DNA from: an uncultured candidate division Zixibacteria bacterium
GTDB lineage: Bacteria; Zixibacteria; MSB-5A5; UBA10806; 4484-95
Length of the DNA stretch: 64,000 nt
Direction: 5' to 3'
NCBI GenBank assembly: GCA_963668625.2
Contig: CAXXKA010000008.1
Span: 128,001 to 192,000, forward strand
Position numbers and translations under genes: made by a program. This document shows positions 48,793 to 59,798 of this stretch, in pieces; within the stretch, counting starts at the first letter, position 1; each line of letters begins with the position of its first letter. The notes beneath the pieces were generated by a model that saw only the letters and a program-made list of their open reading frames with translations, did no database searches and was not told where the DNA came from.

Positions 48793-49419
48793 TCACTTAC
48801 TTAGATTATAAAATTCCTCTTGAAGTTCATTGAAATTATGCTTCAGTTTAATATCTAATTCATCGGGATAAACATAATTTTTAAATCTTTCTACATCGCC
48901 TTGTAGCTTCCCTTCATAGGCAAGCCTAATAACGCGGAAATGTATTATAACTGCTGGTAATAAGCCTATTCCCTTTAATTTTACATCAGTAATTGTTGGA
49001 TCTGGCACATAATCGAACATTAGAGTTTTATCATTTACTAAACCAGCATTACTTAAGATAATTTCTTCAATCGTTTTGCTTATTTCTACGATTTCATTTA
49101 GTAAAGTTTTATCAGTATCAGTAAGGACTACTTTCTCTTTTTTGTTATCGAAATCATAAAGTTGCTCTGGGTTTAAAACGAATGTTAAAGTTCTAAATCC
49201 TGGTGGCTTATCTCTACGGAATATTTTGAATAAACCTTTAGTTACCTCTAGATAAGAAATAACTGGTCCATAAAAATCGTTTAATCTCTTTGCTATACTC
49301 TTTTTTCTTTCTGACCTCTTTTTCTCCTTTAGAATTGATTTACTATGAAAATAATTCATTGTTACAGCAGTTATTGCTGACGCGGCTGGTATTATTATTG
49401 CTAATAACTTCGCATCCAT
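48793..49419 (-). CDS. Hypothetical AT-rich protein with N-terminal membrane anchor
   Basis: 208-aa ORF; hydrophobic N-terminus; 'LNDFYGP'. Confidence 0.7.
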   Translation of the reverse strand: MDAKLLAIIIPAASAITAVTMNYFHSKSILKEKKRSERKKSIAKRLNDFYGPVISYLEVTKGLFKIFRRDKPPGFRTLTFVLNPEQLYDFDNKKEKVVLTDTDKTLLNEIVEISKTIEEIILSNAGLVNDKTLMFDYVPDPTITDVKLKGIGLLPAVIIHFRVIRLAYEGKLQGDVERFKNYVYPDELDIKLKHNFNELQEEFYNLSK

Positions 49420-49595
49420 ATTTTTCTAACCTAATCAAATATGTTAGCCAATTTTGACTAATCATACATTATCATTTTATTAATGTAAAGTATTTCTTTC
49501 AACTTAAGCAACTGTCATCTTCCAAAACTGCCAGCAGCCTCTCGCAGCCTATAGTCTAATCCCTGTTCTCTTTTGGCTAAACGCCAATTTTTCTG

Positions 49596-49757
49596 AGCTG
49601 TCGGGAATACTTTCCTGACAACTAACCAGCAGCGCGTATGTCAGCGCAGCCGAGATCTAATTATACGCAAAGCCCAAGGAAACTAGAGCTACATAATGTT
49701 AATGGTGGTAGTATTGTTTATCGGAGCGTAGCCGTCGGGAAAGGATTCCCAACGGCT
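49596..49757. repeat. REPIN, family R1
   Basis: Inverted pair 49596-49623 / 49730-49757 with the same spacing as the pairs at 45323 and 45547. Confidence 0.85.
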
Positions 49758-49823
49758 CTGGGAAAAAACATTTTTAAAGATTGTATTTTGTCTTCACCGA
49801 TTTTTTATATATTATAGCTGCCT

Positions 49824-51959
49824 ATGAATAATACACATGTCAAAAAAATTGCCGATGAGCTAAAGCTTAAACCGACACAGGTGGCCGCCACTGTCGAGTT
49901 ACTCGATGATGACGCTACCGTGCCGTTTATCGCTCGTTATCGCAAAGAGGCCACCGGCAGCCTCGATGAGGTGCAGATAACCACGATCCGCGACCGCATA
50001 GGCCAGCTTCGCGAGCTGGATAAACGCCGCGAGGCCATATTAAAATCACTTACCGAACGCGAGCTTCTGACCGAGGAGCTGGAGGCTAAAATAAACGCCG
50101 CCGAAACCATGGCCGAGCTCGAGGATATATACCTTCCCTATAAACCCAAACGTCGCACCAGGGCCACTATCGCTCGCGAGAAAGGTCTCGAGCCGTTGGC
50201 CGAGCTGATATTCGCGCAGGAGGACGGCGTCGATCCGTTGGCTGAGTCCCAAGCCTATATCAATGAGGAAAAGGGCGTAGCGGATGAGGAAGCCGCCTTA
50301 GCCGGCTCGCGCGATATAATCGCCGAATGGGTGTCCGAGGATGCCGAAGTACGTTCGCGGATGCGCGAGATGTATGTTTCGAATGCTATCATCACCTCGA
50401 CTGTTTCCGATAAGGAGCACGAGAATGCTTATAAGTACGAGGATTATTACGAGTGGGACGAGCCGTTGTTCGAGTCTGCCTCGCATCGCCTGCTGGCAAT
50501 GAGGCGCGGAGAATCGGAGGGGATTCTTCGTTTGTCCATCGATGTTTCGCATGATGAGGCGATCGGGCTTTTGCAGCACTCGTTTTTGGATGGCGACAAC
50601 GCCTGTTCCGAGCAAGTCAATCTCGCTATCGGGGATAGTTTCAAACGTCTTCTGGCGCCCTCGATGGAAACCGAGATGCGCACCGAATCGAAAAAGGAAG
50701 CCGATATCGAGGCTATTCGGGTGTTCGCCGCCAACCTTCGCGAGCTTCTGATGACCTCCCCGCTGGGTCGTAAGGATATGATCGCTATCGATCCTGGTTT
50801 CCGTACCGGCTGTAAGGTAGTGGCATTGGATAGCCAGGGAAAGCTCCTGGAAAACCTGACAATCTTCCCGTTCGGGTCCGATCATCAAAAACAATCCGCG
50901 GAATCGGATATCAAAGCGCTGGCGCGAAAGTACAAACCGAAAGTCATCGCTATAGGGAACGGCACTGCGGGGCGGGAGTCCGAAACGTTTATCCGCTCGC
51001 TCGAGCTTTCCGGTGTGGATGTCGAAATGGTCAACGAGGCCGGAGCCAGTGTCTACTCCGCCTCGGAGGTTGCCCGCGAGGAGTTCCCCAACCACGATGT
51101 CACCGTGCGTGGCGCGGTCAGCATCGGCCGCCGCTTGATGGATCCGCTGGCGGAGCTTGTGAAAATCGATCCGAAAGCAATCGGGGTGGGACAGTATCAA
51201 CATGATGTCGACCAGATCATGCTAAAGCAGGGATTGGATGACACCGTGATTAGCTGTGTCAACTCGGTAGGCGTGGAATTGAACACGGCCAGCAAACAGC
51301 TTCTAACTTATGTCTCGGGACTGGGGCCATCATTAGCGCAGAAAATTATCGATCACCGCAACGAGAATGGACCGTTTAAAAATCGTGTGGCATTGAAAAA
51401 GGTAGCGCGCCTCGGGCCGAAAGCGTTCGAGCAAGCGGCCGGTTTCCTTCGCATAAGCGATTCCAATAATCCACTCGATAAAAGCGCGGTACATCCCGAA
51501 AGCTATCATGTGGTGGAGAAAATGGCTAAAGACTCCGGCTGCACGGTTGCCGATCTGATGGCTGACGCGGAAATACGCAGAAAGATTCACCTCGACAAAT
51601 ATGTCACCGATAAAGTCGGTTTGCCTACACTCGAGGATATCATCACCGAGCTGGCCAAGCCGGGACGAGATCCGCGAGCGGTATACGTGCCGTTCAAGTT
51701 CGAGGACTCGGTGCATGAGATAGGCGATCTCTCGCCAGGTATGATATTACCGGGCATCGTTACTAATGTCACCAATTTCGGCGCGTTCGTGGATGTCGGC
51801 GTACATCAGGACGGCCTTGTGCACATTAGCCAGTTGGCCAACCGGTTCGTGAAATCGCCAACCGATGTCGTGAAAGTACATCAGAGGGTACGGGTGAAAG
51901 TGCTGACAGTAGAGGTCGAGCGAAAACGAATAGCTCTTTCGATGAAGGAAGCCGAGTAG
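49824..51959 (+). CDS. tex: Tex family RNA-binding transcription accessory protein
   Basis: 'TVPFIARYRKEATG', 'IDPGFRTGCK', 'VNEAGASVYSAS', C-terminal S1 domain. Confidence 0.97.
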   Translation: MNNTHVKKIADELKLKPTQVAATVELLDDDATVPFIARYRKEATGSLDEVQITTIRDRIGQLRELDKRREAILKSLTERELLTEELEAKINAAETMAELEDIYLPYKPKRRTRATIAREKGLEPLAELIFAQEDGVDPLAESQAYINEEKGVADEEAALAGSRDIIAEWVSEDAEVRSRMREMYVSNAIITSTVSDKEHENAYKYEDYYEWDEPLFESASHRLLAMRRGESEGILRLSIDVSHDEAIGLLQHSFLDGDNACSEQVNLAIGDSFKRLLAPSMETEMRTESKKEADIEAIRVFAANLRELLMTSPLGRKDMIAIDPGFRTGCKVVALDSQGKLLENLTIFPFGSDHQKQSAESDIKALARKYKPKVIAIGNGTAGRESETFIRSLELSGVDVEMVNEAGASVYSASEVAREEFPNHDVTVRGAVSIGRRLMDPLAELVKIDPKAIGVGQYQHDVDQIMLKQGLDDTVISCVNSVGVELNTASKQLLTYVSGLGPSLAQKIIDHRNENGPFKNRVALKKVARLGPKAFEQAAGFLRISDSNNPLDKSAVHPESYHVVEKMAKDSGCTVADLMADAEIRRKIHLDKYVTDKVGLPTLEDIITELAKPGRDPRAVYVPFKFEDSVHEIGDLSPGMILPGIVTNVTNFGAFVDVGVHQDGLVHISQLANRFVKSPTDVVKVHQRVRVKVLTVEVERKRIALSMKEAE

Positions 51960-51967
51960 TTTAGAAT

Positions 51968-51993
51968 AGCCGGGTCGGACGATCCGGCTTTTT
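51968..51993 (+). terminator. Intrinsic terminator after tex
   Basis: AGCCGG...CCGGCT followed by a T run. Confidence 0.75.
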
Positions 51994-52278
51994 GTATCGA
52001 CACGGATATTACGGGAAAACGCTCAGGTGTATCGTTCAAATCACGGGCGATGGATAATTACCTGATAATACAATAGCCTCATGAGCAAGAAGTTATAAGG
52101 ATATGAGATATTCCAATCGAACTCCATCGGTAAGTTATTACCATTCAATCGATCTTAAAAATCATCCCGATTGATATGAAAGATCATAATTATATTTCGC
52201 GCAACCAAATTAAGCTGAAATCGTACCATTAAATGGTAAATTGTCACTATCTGCCAACCCCGAGCAGCGAGGTGTTTA

Positions 52279-54030
52279 ATGAAAAAGATGTTATTTATTG
52301 TTGCCCTCATTAGTATCTTTGCGATTCAAATAGCTTCGGCAACATCGAATGAACCGATTAACAACGGTTCGATGAAAATCACTATTAAGGATGATAAAGT
52401 AACCGTAAAACTCCGCGACCTGAACGGCAAATATAAGAGAATCTCTTTTGATAAAGATGATTTTTCTAATTTGGATAATTTCAAGAAAGAGTTCGAAATC
52501 GCCCGGGATCCGCGTTTCCAGGTTCGGGACGAGTTATTGATCGAAAATGGTAACATTATAATTGATGGTGAAACGATAGCTTACGAAGATATCACCAAAA
52601 TACATGTATCCGGAGAATTTGATCAGGGAGTATCGCTTCACACCGAACTGCCTTTTTACCACAGATGCGAGATGACTTGTGACAAAGATATCCATGTCGA
52701 TAGCGAATCCACCAAAGATCGTTTTGGGTTCGGAGGGCTGGTTGTCGAGGCCGGCGAAACGATCTACGGAGATGTGGTCGCGCTAACCGGTGATATTACT
52801 GTCTACGGCGAGGTTATGGGGGATGTCGTGTCGGTATTCGGGGATGTTGTCATGTATGACGGCGCTTTCGCGGCCGGGGATGTTGTCACGCCATTCGGCG
52901 AACTGGTAGAACGCGGCAGTATTCGTATCGACGGTAATTCGATGCCTCGCAGTAGAACCAGGATTATGGGACGAGATAGTGATGTAGATTTCGATTTGAC
53001 GGCTCGTTACAACCGCGTCGAGGGGTTCACGCTGATAAGCGGCATTAAATACGAGGATTCTTACGGTGAACTGCCGGACTTTTATTTCAAAGGAGGTTAT
53101 GCGTTCTCGCTCGAAAAGTGGGATCTCGAAGCCGGCCTTCGCCAGCAGTTCGGGAATGATTACGCGTTTTATTTCGGCGCCGATTTGTACCAGGGCGCCG
53201 CAACCTCGGACGAGTGGATGTTCAGCATACACGAAAACACTATCGCAAGCTTGATATTCAAAGAGGACTATCACGATTTCTACTATCGTAAAGGAATTAA
53301 CCTCTATGCCGGGCAAACTCTCAGCGATGAGGTAACGTTCCAGCTAAACTACACCGCCGAGAATATCGACACGCTTACGAAAAACACAAATTCGGCCCTG
53401 TTCGGCGGCAAGAAAAATTTCCGCGAGAACTACTCGACAATCGATAATCCCTATGTTTTAAACTCGTTGGAGGGGGAACGTCAAACACTTGCCCTGTCAT
53501 TTACCTGGGATAATCGTGATAGCGAGGAATGGACTCGTCGCGGCCAGTATGCCAATATTGTCCTGGAAACAGCCGGTGATGACGGCTATATCGGTGGTTT
53601 GGGCGGCGATCATTCCTATGACCGTATTAGCGCCACATTCGCCAACTATCTGCCGTTAAACCGTAAACAGCATCTCGGGCTGGTTTTGAAAGGCGGTTAC
53701 TCTGAGGATAACCTGCCTTTAGATAAGTGGTTCTTCTTAGGAGGCCCGGGTAGCCTTCGCGGTTACGACTTCAAGGAGTACTACGGGAATAGGTATTTCC
53801 TGGCCAACCTTGATTACTATTTCGAGTTCTCCAACGATTTCTCGCTGGCAATATTCGGGGATATAGGCAAAGCCGGTACATCGCAGTATAGTTTCGAAAA
53901 TAACGATTTCAAAAGCGATATCGGCGTGGGCATAATGTTCGAGGATGCTTTCCGTCTGGATATATCGCAACGTCTGGATGACCTGGATAAAAGCCCGGTC
54001 GTAATGGCCCGCTCGGTAATTCATTTTTAA
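52279..54030 (+). CDS. Outer-membrane Omp85/BamA-TamA-like barrel with bactofilin-like repeats
   Basis: Signal peptide; 'GDVV..GD' repeats; 'YNRVEG', 'LGGPGSLRGY'; C-terminal F. Confidence 0.75.
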   Translation: MKKMLFIVALISIFAIQIASATSNEPINNGSMKITIKDDKVTVKLRDLNGKYKRISFDKDDFSNLDNFKKEFEIARDPRFQVRDELLIENGNIIIDGETIAYEDITKIHVSGEFDQGVSLHTELPFYHRCEMTCDKDIHVDSESTKDRFGFGGLVVEAGETIYGDVVALTGDITVYGEVMGDVVSVFGDVVMYDGAFAAGDVVTPFGELVERGSIRIDGNSMPRSRTRIMGRDSDVDFDLTARYNRVEGFTLISGIKYEDSYGELPDFYFKGGYAFSLEKWDLEAGLRQQFGNDYAFYFGADLYQGAATSDEWMFSIHENTIASLIFKEDYHDFYYRKGINLYAGQTLSDEVTFQLNYTAENIDTLTKNTNSALFGGKKNFRENYSTIDNPYVLNSLEGERQTLALSFTWDNRDSEEWTRRGQYANIVLETAGDDGYIGGLGGDHSYDRISATFANYLPLNRKQHLGLVLKGGYSEDNLPLDKWFFLGGPGSLRGYDFKEYYGNRYFLANLDYYFEFSNDFSLAIFGDIGKAGTSQYSFENNDFKSDIGVGIMFEDAFRLDISQRLDDLDKSPVVMARSVIHF

Positions 54031-54056
54031 AAGATAAATCTAAATAGAGAAGATTG

Positions 54057-54085
54057 AAAAAGGGCGTATTCAATACGCCCTTTTT
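54057..54085. terminator. Bidirectional intrinsic terminator
   Basis: AAAAAGGGCGTATT-C-AATACGCCCTTTTT. Confidence 0.8.
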
Positions 54086-54092
54086 ACTTTCA

Positions 54093-54312
54093 GTAGGTCA
54101 AGTCCACTCGGGGCTTGACTAACCCGCGTACAGAGTAACAAACGAGAATTGCATAATATGCATAAGTTAAGATTCGCCGCGGGGAGAGGTTTTAACGACC
54201 CCGATTATATCCGTAGGGTGTCGATCTAAGATCGACCCGCTTGCGCGCTTGATCATGTAAAACGGGTATAGAATTCATCAGTATCGCGGGATGGTCTTAG
54301 ACCATCCCCTAC
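54093..54312. repeat. GTAG-type REPs (R4 at 54093-54123; R5 inverted pair 54213-54240/54286-54312)
   Basis: GTAG foot plus imperfect palindromes. Confidence 0.7.
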
Positions 54313-54407
54313 GAGTGAATTTGATGATAGGGGTGGCAATCAGATATTCCCACCTTAAGGAAACTAAGGCGGGCCCCACTATAATCATTGAATCATTTTA
54401 TCCCAAC

Positions 54408-54440
54408 AAAAAAAGCAACCCACCTTAATGGGTTGCCTTT
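54408..54440 (-). terminator. Terminator of the dfx-rubrerythrin-ferritin operon
   Basis: A7-GCAACCCA...TGGGTTGC. Confidence 0.7.
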
Positions 54441-54480
54441 CAAAGATTCTATTTCAAATCAGCGTATCTGTCGGATTGCC

Positions 54481-54999
54481 TTACTCAGCTGTAGCATCAG
54501 CAGCAGGGGTGAATGTTCTCTGCCCCATCTCACGATCGAGCATGAACACGCCATGACCGGCGTTGCCAACCAGCTTCAGATTCTGTACGATCTCATCGGC
54601 GTTTGACTCTTCCTCTACCTGCTCGGTTACGAACCATTCAAGGAATATCTGGGTGGCGCGGTCTTTCTCATCCACTGCCAGATGGTACAAATCATTGATA
54701 CAGCCGGTGATATGCTGCTCGTGCTTGTAAGCCGCCTCGAACGCCTCGAGCGGTGACTCCCATTTCAACTGGGGCTCTTTTATACCATCAAGTTTCACGG
54801 TTCCGCCACGCTCGTTGATATAACTGAATATCTTCATGGCGTGAATCTGCTCCTCCTGATTCTGTATCATCATCCAATTGGCGAAACCTTTCAGGTTTAT
54901 CGATTCGAACCAGGCGGACATCGACAGGTACAAATACGCTGAGAAAAGCTCTTCGTTTATCTGGCCGTTTAAGGCTTTTTCGATCTTTTCATTCAACAT
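54481..54999 (-). CDS. ftnA: Non-heme ferritin
   Basis: 'QINEELFSAYLY', 'EEQIHA', 'HEQHIT', 'WFVTEQVEEE'. Confidence 0.93.
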   Translation of the reverse strand: MLNEKIEKALNGQINEELFSAYLYLSMSAWFESINLKGFANWMMIQNQEEQIHAMKIFSYINERGGTVKLDGIKEPQLKWESPLEAFEAAYKHEQHITGCINDLYHLAVDEKDRATQIFLEWFVTEQVEEESNADEIVQNLKLVGNAGHGVFMLDREMGQRTFTPAADATAE

Positions 55000-55114
55000 T
55001 TATCTACGCTCCTTCTACACGATTAGAATTTACGGTTTCGGTGTGTTGTCTTTTCATAGTAGAACCGTAAAACCACTAAGAAGGTTGCGAAATTATCCAA
55101 ATAATGAACGTGAT

Positions 55115-55567
55115 TTAATTTTCGCGCAACACGTACTCATCGTACTCGACCTCGAAACGAAGTTTATGCTTGGCCTCCTCCTGCGCCAGGCTGAAAAACA
55201 TCGCCGAAAGATTTTCGTCATCGGTGGAATTAGCCAGATCGTTGTACAGGATATAGGCGTTTTTCTCGGCTTTCATGGCCAGGATAAGAGCATCCTGGTA
55301 ATCGATAGTGGCATCTAAATCAACTTCCTCGAGGTGATCGCCAATCTTGAGATCCATGACTTTCTTTTCCGACTTGATCATCAGCTTGCCCTCTTTGACA
55401 GCCTGGAGTTTCGACTTATGGCCGGCTTCCTCTTTGGCAAACTGCTCGAAAATCTTCTTCATGTTTTCCTGTTTCATTCTTCCGGCCAAATCCAGGTAGA
55501 ACTGACGGGCGTCTTCTTCCTTTTCTATGGCATAGTCCAAGATCGCGTCAACCGAATCGAACTTCAT
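55115..55567 (-). CDS. Rubrerythrin-like ferritin-family protein
   Basis: 'AIEKEEDA..FY', 'EEAGH', 'EEAKH'. Confidence 0.88.
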   Translation of the reverse strand: MKFDSVDAILDYAIEKEEDARQFYLDLAGRMKQENMKKIFEQFAKEEAGHKSKLQAVKEGKLMIKSEKKVMDLKIGDHLEEVDLDATIDYQDALILAMKAEKNAYILYNDLANSTDDENLSAMFFSLAQEEAKHKLRFEVEYDEYVLREN

Positions 55568-55623
55568 TACATCCTCCTAAGTAAATTTATGCCGGCCGTG
55601 GGGCCGAATCATTCATTATTATT

Positions 55624-55998
55624 TTATGCTTTCCATAGTCCGTGAAGGTTACAGAATTCACGGGCAACGACATTATCAGCTTTTATACAGAATGTAGCCT
55701 CGGGTGGTTCGCCGGGATTGAGGAATTTACGATAGGAAATGCCATCGGCGATAAGCTCGATCCACTCGATATAGTGTTTGTCCTCCATTGGATGAGCCAC
55801 GCTGCCGATTTTGACCTTGTAGCCGTCGGCGGTTTTCTCTACAACCGGGACATGTTTTTCGGTAGCGGCGTCGGTTTCGCCCTCGTTTAGAAGTACCATC
55901 GGTTGGCCGCAGCACACCAGCTCACCGCCGGCCTCATGCACGACCTGCACCATATTGCCACAATTCAAGCATTTATAGATTTGTAATCTTTCAGTCAT
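55624..55998 (-). CDS. dfx: Desulfoferrodoxin (superoxide reductase)
   Basis: '[14 protein letters not shown]', 'EKHVP', 'HPM..KHYIEWI', 'CNLHGLW'. Confidence 0.95.
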   Translation of the reverse strand: MTERLQIYKCLNCGNMVQVVHEAGGELVCCGQPMVLLNEGETDAATEKHVPVVEKTADGYKVKIGSVAHPMEDKHYIEWIELIADGISYRKFLNPGEPPEATFCIKADNVVAREFCNLHGLWKA

Positions 55999-56250
55999 TT
56001 GGGCATCCTCCTTGGATTTATATATCCTCTTCAACCGCAAATTATAATCAAAAAGATCGCACAAAACAAAGATTTTCGCTGTTTTCGGGGATTTTTATTG
56101 TGTTAGGGGGATATAGATTGCGTAATATCAGGTATCAAGTTATTATGGATAGATATATTTTATTGACAATAATAGATTGGTATATATATTAAATTATAAT
56201 AAGAGGAGTTGGGCTTATTTAAAAGCAGTAAGATTGGGGAGGATGATCTA

Positions 56251-57456
56251 ATGTTTAGAAGTACTATTTATGGTGTTATTGTATTATTAATTGTTGTTGT
56301 CAATGTATTTGCACAAGAATTTCGTTGGACTGAACCAGTACCGGTCGATATTTTAAATACTCCTGCAAATGAGCGATATTTGTATTTATCTACCGATGGC
56401 AATATACTTCTCTGGAATGCCCAGGGGGCAATCTGCATGAGTAGATGGAATGGAGATTGGTGGGAACCGCGTGAGATCCTTCCTGAACCTGTTAATAGTG
56501 ATGGCCTTGAAGAAGCAATTGCTATAACGCCTGATCATAGTTTTTTCTATTGGGTAAGCTGGCGCGAAGGCGGTATGGGCGGTTGGGATATCTGGCGTTG
56601 TAGTTGGGATGAAGAGACCAATATTTTTGGTGAGGCCGAATTACTTGGTGAAAATGTTAATAGTTATGCGTATGAGTGGAGCATAGGTTTTACCCCGGAT
56701 GGAAAAAGAATGTATTTTTCCTCAAATACGCCCTATAAAAACGGTCAAAATGGTTATGGTAGTGATGATATTTGGTATTGTGACTGGGATTCTACTATTA
56801 ACGATTGGGGACTCGCTTATAATGTTGGTATGTCTGTAAATACAAGCGGTGATGATTATAGTCCATATATAATCAGAAATGGTTCGATGTTGGATTATAT
56901 TTTATTTTTTACCTCTAATGACCATCATGATTTACCTGAATACTATGGACATATCGATATATTTTATGCCGACTGGGATGGAAATAGTTGGAACCAGGTA
57001 CATAATATTGGTGAACCTATAAATAGTCCCACATTTGATGGTGAGCAGTGTTTGACGCAATCTGGTTGCGTTATGTATTTTATCGCCCCCGAAAACAGAG
57101 ATCCATCAGGAAATGGAGATATTTATGTTTCTTATAAGGTATCTTCTGCGATTAAGGAGGAGCAAACTGATACTACCAGTAAATTGAATATAAGGGTTTA
57201 CCCTAATCCTTATAATAACAGTTGCAAAATACAAGTTGATAGTGACGAATTACTAAACAATTTGCAGCTTAGAATCTATGACATACAAGGAAAGGAGGTG
57301 AAGAATTTAGGAAAAAAATATTCCCAGAATACGAATGAAATCTTCTGGGATGGTACGAATAACGCGGGGGTTAAAATAAGTTCAGGGGTATATTTCATTA
57401 ATTGCCTATTAAACGATACAGTAGTCGAAAAAAAGGCAATATCACTAATTAAATAA
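56251..57456 (+). CDS. Secreted WD40/PD40-repeat protein with FlgD-like YPNP C-terminal domain
   Basis: 'VNS..E..I.FTPDG', 'DIW' repeats; 'YPNPYN', 'WDGTN...SSGVYF'. Confidence 0.8.
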   Translation: MFRSTIYGVIVLLIVVVNVFAQEFRWTEPVPVDILNTPANERYLYLSTDGNILLWNAQGAICMSRWNGDWWEPREILPEPVNSDGLEEAIAITPDHSFFYWVSWREGGMGGWDIWRCSWDEETNIFGEAELLGENVNSYAYEWSIGFTPDGKRMYFSSNTPYKNGQNGYGSDDIWYCDWDSTINDWGLAYNVGMSVNTSGDDYSPYIIRNGSMLDYILFFTSNDHHDLPEYYGHIDIFYADWDGNSWNQVHNIGEPINSPTFDGEQCLTQSGCVMYFIAPENRDPSGNGDIYVSYKVSSAIKEEQTDTTSKLNIRVYPNPYNNSCKIQVDSDELLNNLQLRIYDIQGKEVKNLGKKYSQNTNEIFWDGTNNAGVKISSGVYFINCLLNDTVVEKKAISLIK

Positions 57457-57471
57457 CACCTATATAATACA

Positions 57472-59371
57472 GTAGATCAAGCCTACTTGGGGCTTGACTA
57501 ACCCGCGTTTAGTAGCCCCGATCTGCCAGTTATTCACCGAAATCTCCATCAACGGGTAACCCACCAGCAGGGTGGGTAAATACAGAATTACCACAAAGCT
57601 GAATTACGTTATAACTTATATATCCAGCGTAAAGTTCTAATATCATTTATAAAACAATAACTATTAAATTGAGAATCCTCAGTTGATCTTACAGGCCCCC
57701 GTTTTATAGGTTTGTCTCAAGTGCTTTTGCATCATTGGCCATCAGCCATGCAAGATTACCCACCCTGCTGGTGGGCTACCCCAATCCCCTCCACCGCCTA
57801 TTTTGCGGGGACATACAGAAACGACAGGGACGTAGGGACAAATAGGTAACCCACCAGCAGGGTGGGTAAATACAGAATTACCACAAAGCTGAATTACGTT
57901 ATAACTTATATATCCAGCGTAAAGTTCTAATATCATTTATAAAACAATAACTATTAAATTGAGAATCCTCAGTTGATCCTACAGGCCCCCGGCTGATAGG
58001 TTTGTCTGTAGTGCTTTTGCATCATTGGCCATCAGCAATGCAAGATTACCCACCCAACTGGTGGGTTACCCCATCCCCTCCGCCGCCTATTTTGCGGGGA
58101 CATACAGAAACGACAGGGACGTAGGGACAACCACACCAGTGCTGTCCGGGAGATAGGCAAAATGCCACCGGCGTCTACAACAGATAATCCACCTGAAGGG
58201 TGGGTAGATACAGAATTATCGCAAAGCTGGTTTGCGCAATCTTATACATTTTGAGGGCAAGACTCTAATATCCTTCATAAAACGAAAACTATTAAATAGA
58301 TAACAGGTAACCCAGTAACCGTAAGTCAAGCCTACTAGAGGCTCGACTAATCCGCGCACGATTGCTACGATCTATTAACAGGTAATCCACCAGCAGGGTG
58401 GGTAGATACATAAATACCACAAAGCTGAATTGTGCTATCACATACATATCTACCGCAAAGTTTTAATATGATTTATAAAGCAATAACTACTAAATCGATA
58501 ATCCTCAGTTGATCTTACAAGTCCCCGTTTTATAGGTTTGTCTCAAGTGCTTTTGCATCATTGGCCATCAGCCATGCAAGATTACCCACCCTGCTGGTGG
58601 GCTACCCCAATCCCCTCCACCGCCTATTTTGCGGGGACATACAGAAACGACAGGGACGTAGGGACAAATAGGTAACCCACCAGTAGGGTGGGTAAATACT
58701 GAATTACCGCAAAGCTGAATTACGTTATAACTTATATATCCAGCGTAAAGTTCTAATATCATTTATAAAACAATAACTATTAAATTGAGAATCCTCAGTT
58801 GATCTTACAGGCCACCGGTTGATAGGTTTGTCTTTAGTGCTTTTGCATCATTGGCCATCAGCCATGCAAGATTACCCACCCTGCTGGTGGGCTACCCCAA
58901 TCCCCTCCACCGCCTATTTTGCGGGGACATACAGAAACGACAGGGACGTAGGGACAAATAGGTAACCCACCTGAAGGGTGGGTAGATACAGAATTATCGC
59001 AAAGCTGGTTTGCGCAATCTTATACATTTTGAGGGCAAGACTCTAATATCCTTCATAAAACGAAAACTATTAAATAGATAACAGGTAACCCAGTAACCGT
59101 AAGTCAAGCCTACTAGAGGCTCGACTAATCCGCGCACGATTGCTACGATCTATTAACAGGTAACCCACCAGCAGGGTGGGTAGATACATAAATACCACAA
59201 ATCTGAATTGTGCTATCACATACATATCTACCGCAAAGTTTTAATATGATTTATAAAGCAATAACTACTAAATTGATAATCCTCAGTTGATCTTACAAGT
59301 CCCCGTTTTATAGGTTTGTCTCAAGTGCTTTTACATCATCAACAATCAGCCATGCCGGCTTACCCACCCTG
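57472..59371. repeat. Non-coding higher-order tandem REPIN array (290- and 198-bp units)
   Basis: Forward hairpin GGTAACCCACCAGCAGGGTGGGTA at 57555, 57845, 58183, 58381, 58671, 58961, 59159; inverted copies at ~57755, 58045, 58581, 58871, 59360. Confidence 0.92.
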
Positions 59372-59435
59372 ATATGGAAGGACCTTGTCAAATCCTTTAG
59401 TATTGTTTCTTGCTAATTTGTTACATTTTATTAAT

Positions 59436-59611
59436 GCCATAGTTAGAGTTATAGGCGACGGTTAATCAACCTGATATCCGCGGATTGGTTACCGCATGTT
59501 AACTTTTCGTCGGGGGGGCTGTCTCAAACTACTGGCTCAGGTTCAAAGACATTTAATCTTCTACTGAATAGGGTGGTCGAGAATTCCCCTTGACCTAACT
59601 CTAACTATGGC
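59436..59611. other. 176-bp element bounded by perfect 16-bp inverted repeats
   Basis: GCCATAGTTAGAGTTA / TAACTCTAACTATGGC; TTGACC abuts the right IR. Confidence 0.6.
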
Positions 59612-59798
59612 CATCCTTGTTTAAAATCTACTGCATCATTGACCAGATAAACCCAACTAATTCACGAGCAACTGCTACTATTGCTTTACTGGAGGATTTA
59701 CGATTAGCTATTTTCCAATATTTTTTATACAAACGTCGTTGAGCTTTCCAGGATATGGCTACTGCTATAGTTAGCTGATTTTTTTGACGAATCTTGAG

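Noticed and set aside
57742-58762. Duplicated 64-aa ORFs in the array
   Set aside because: By-products of the repeat unit; not preserved in other copies and no RBS.
57472-59371. CRISPR array
   Set aside because: Inter-repeat sequences are long (170-300 bp) and conserved rather than unique, repeats alternate in orientation, and no cas genes are present.
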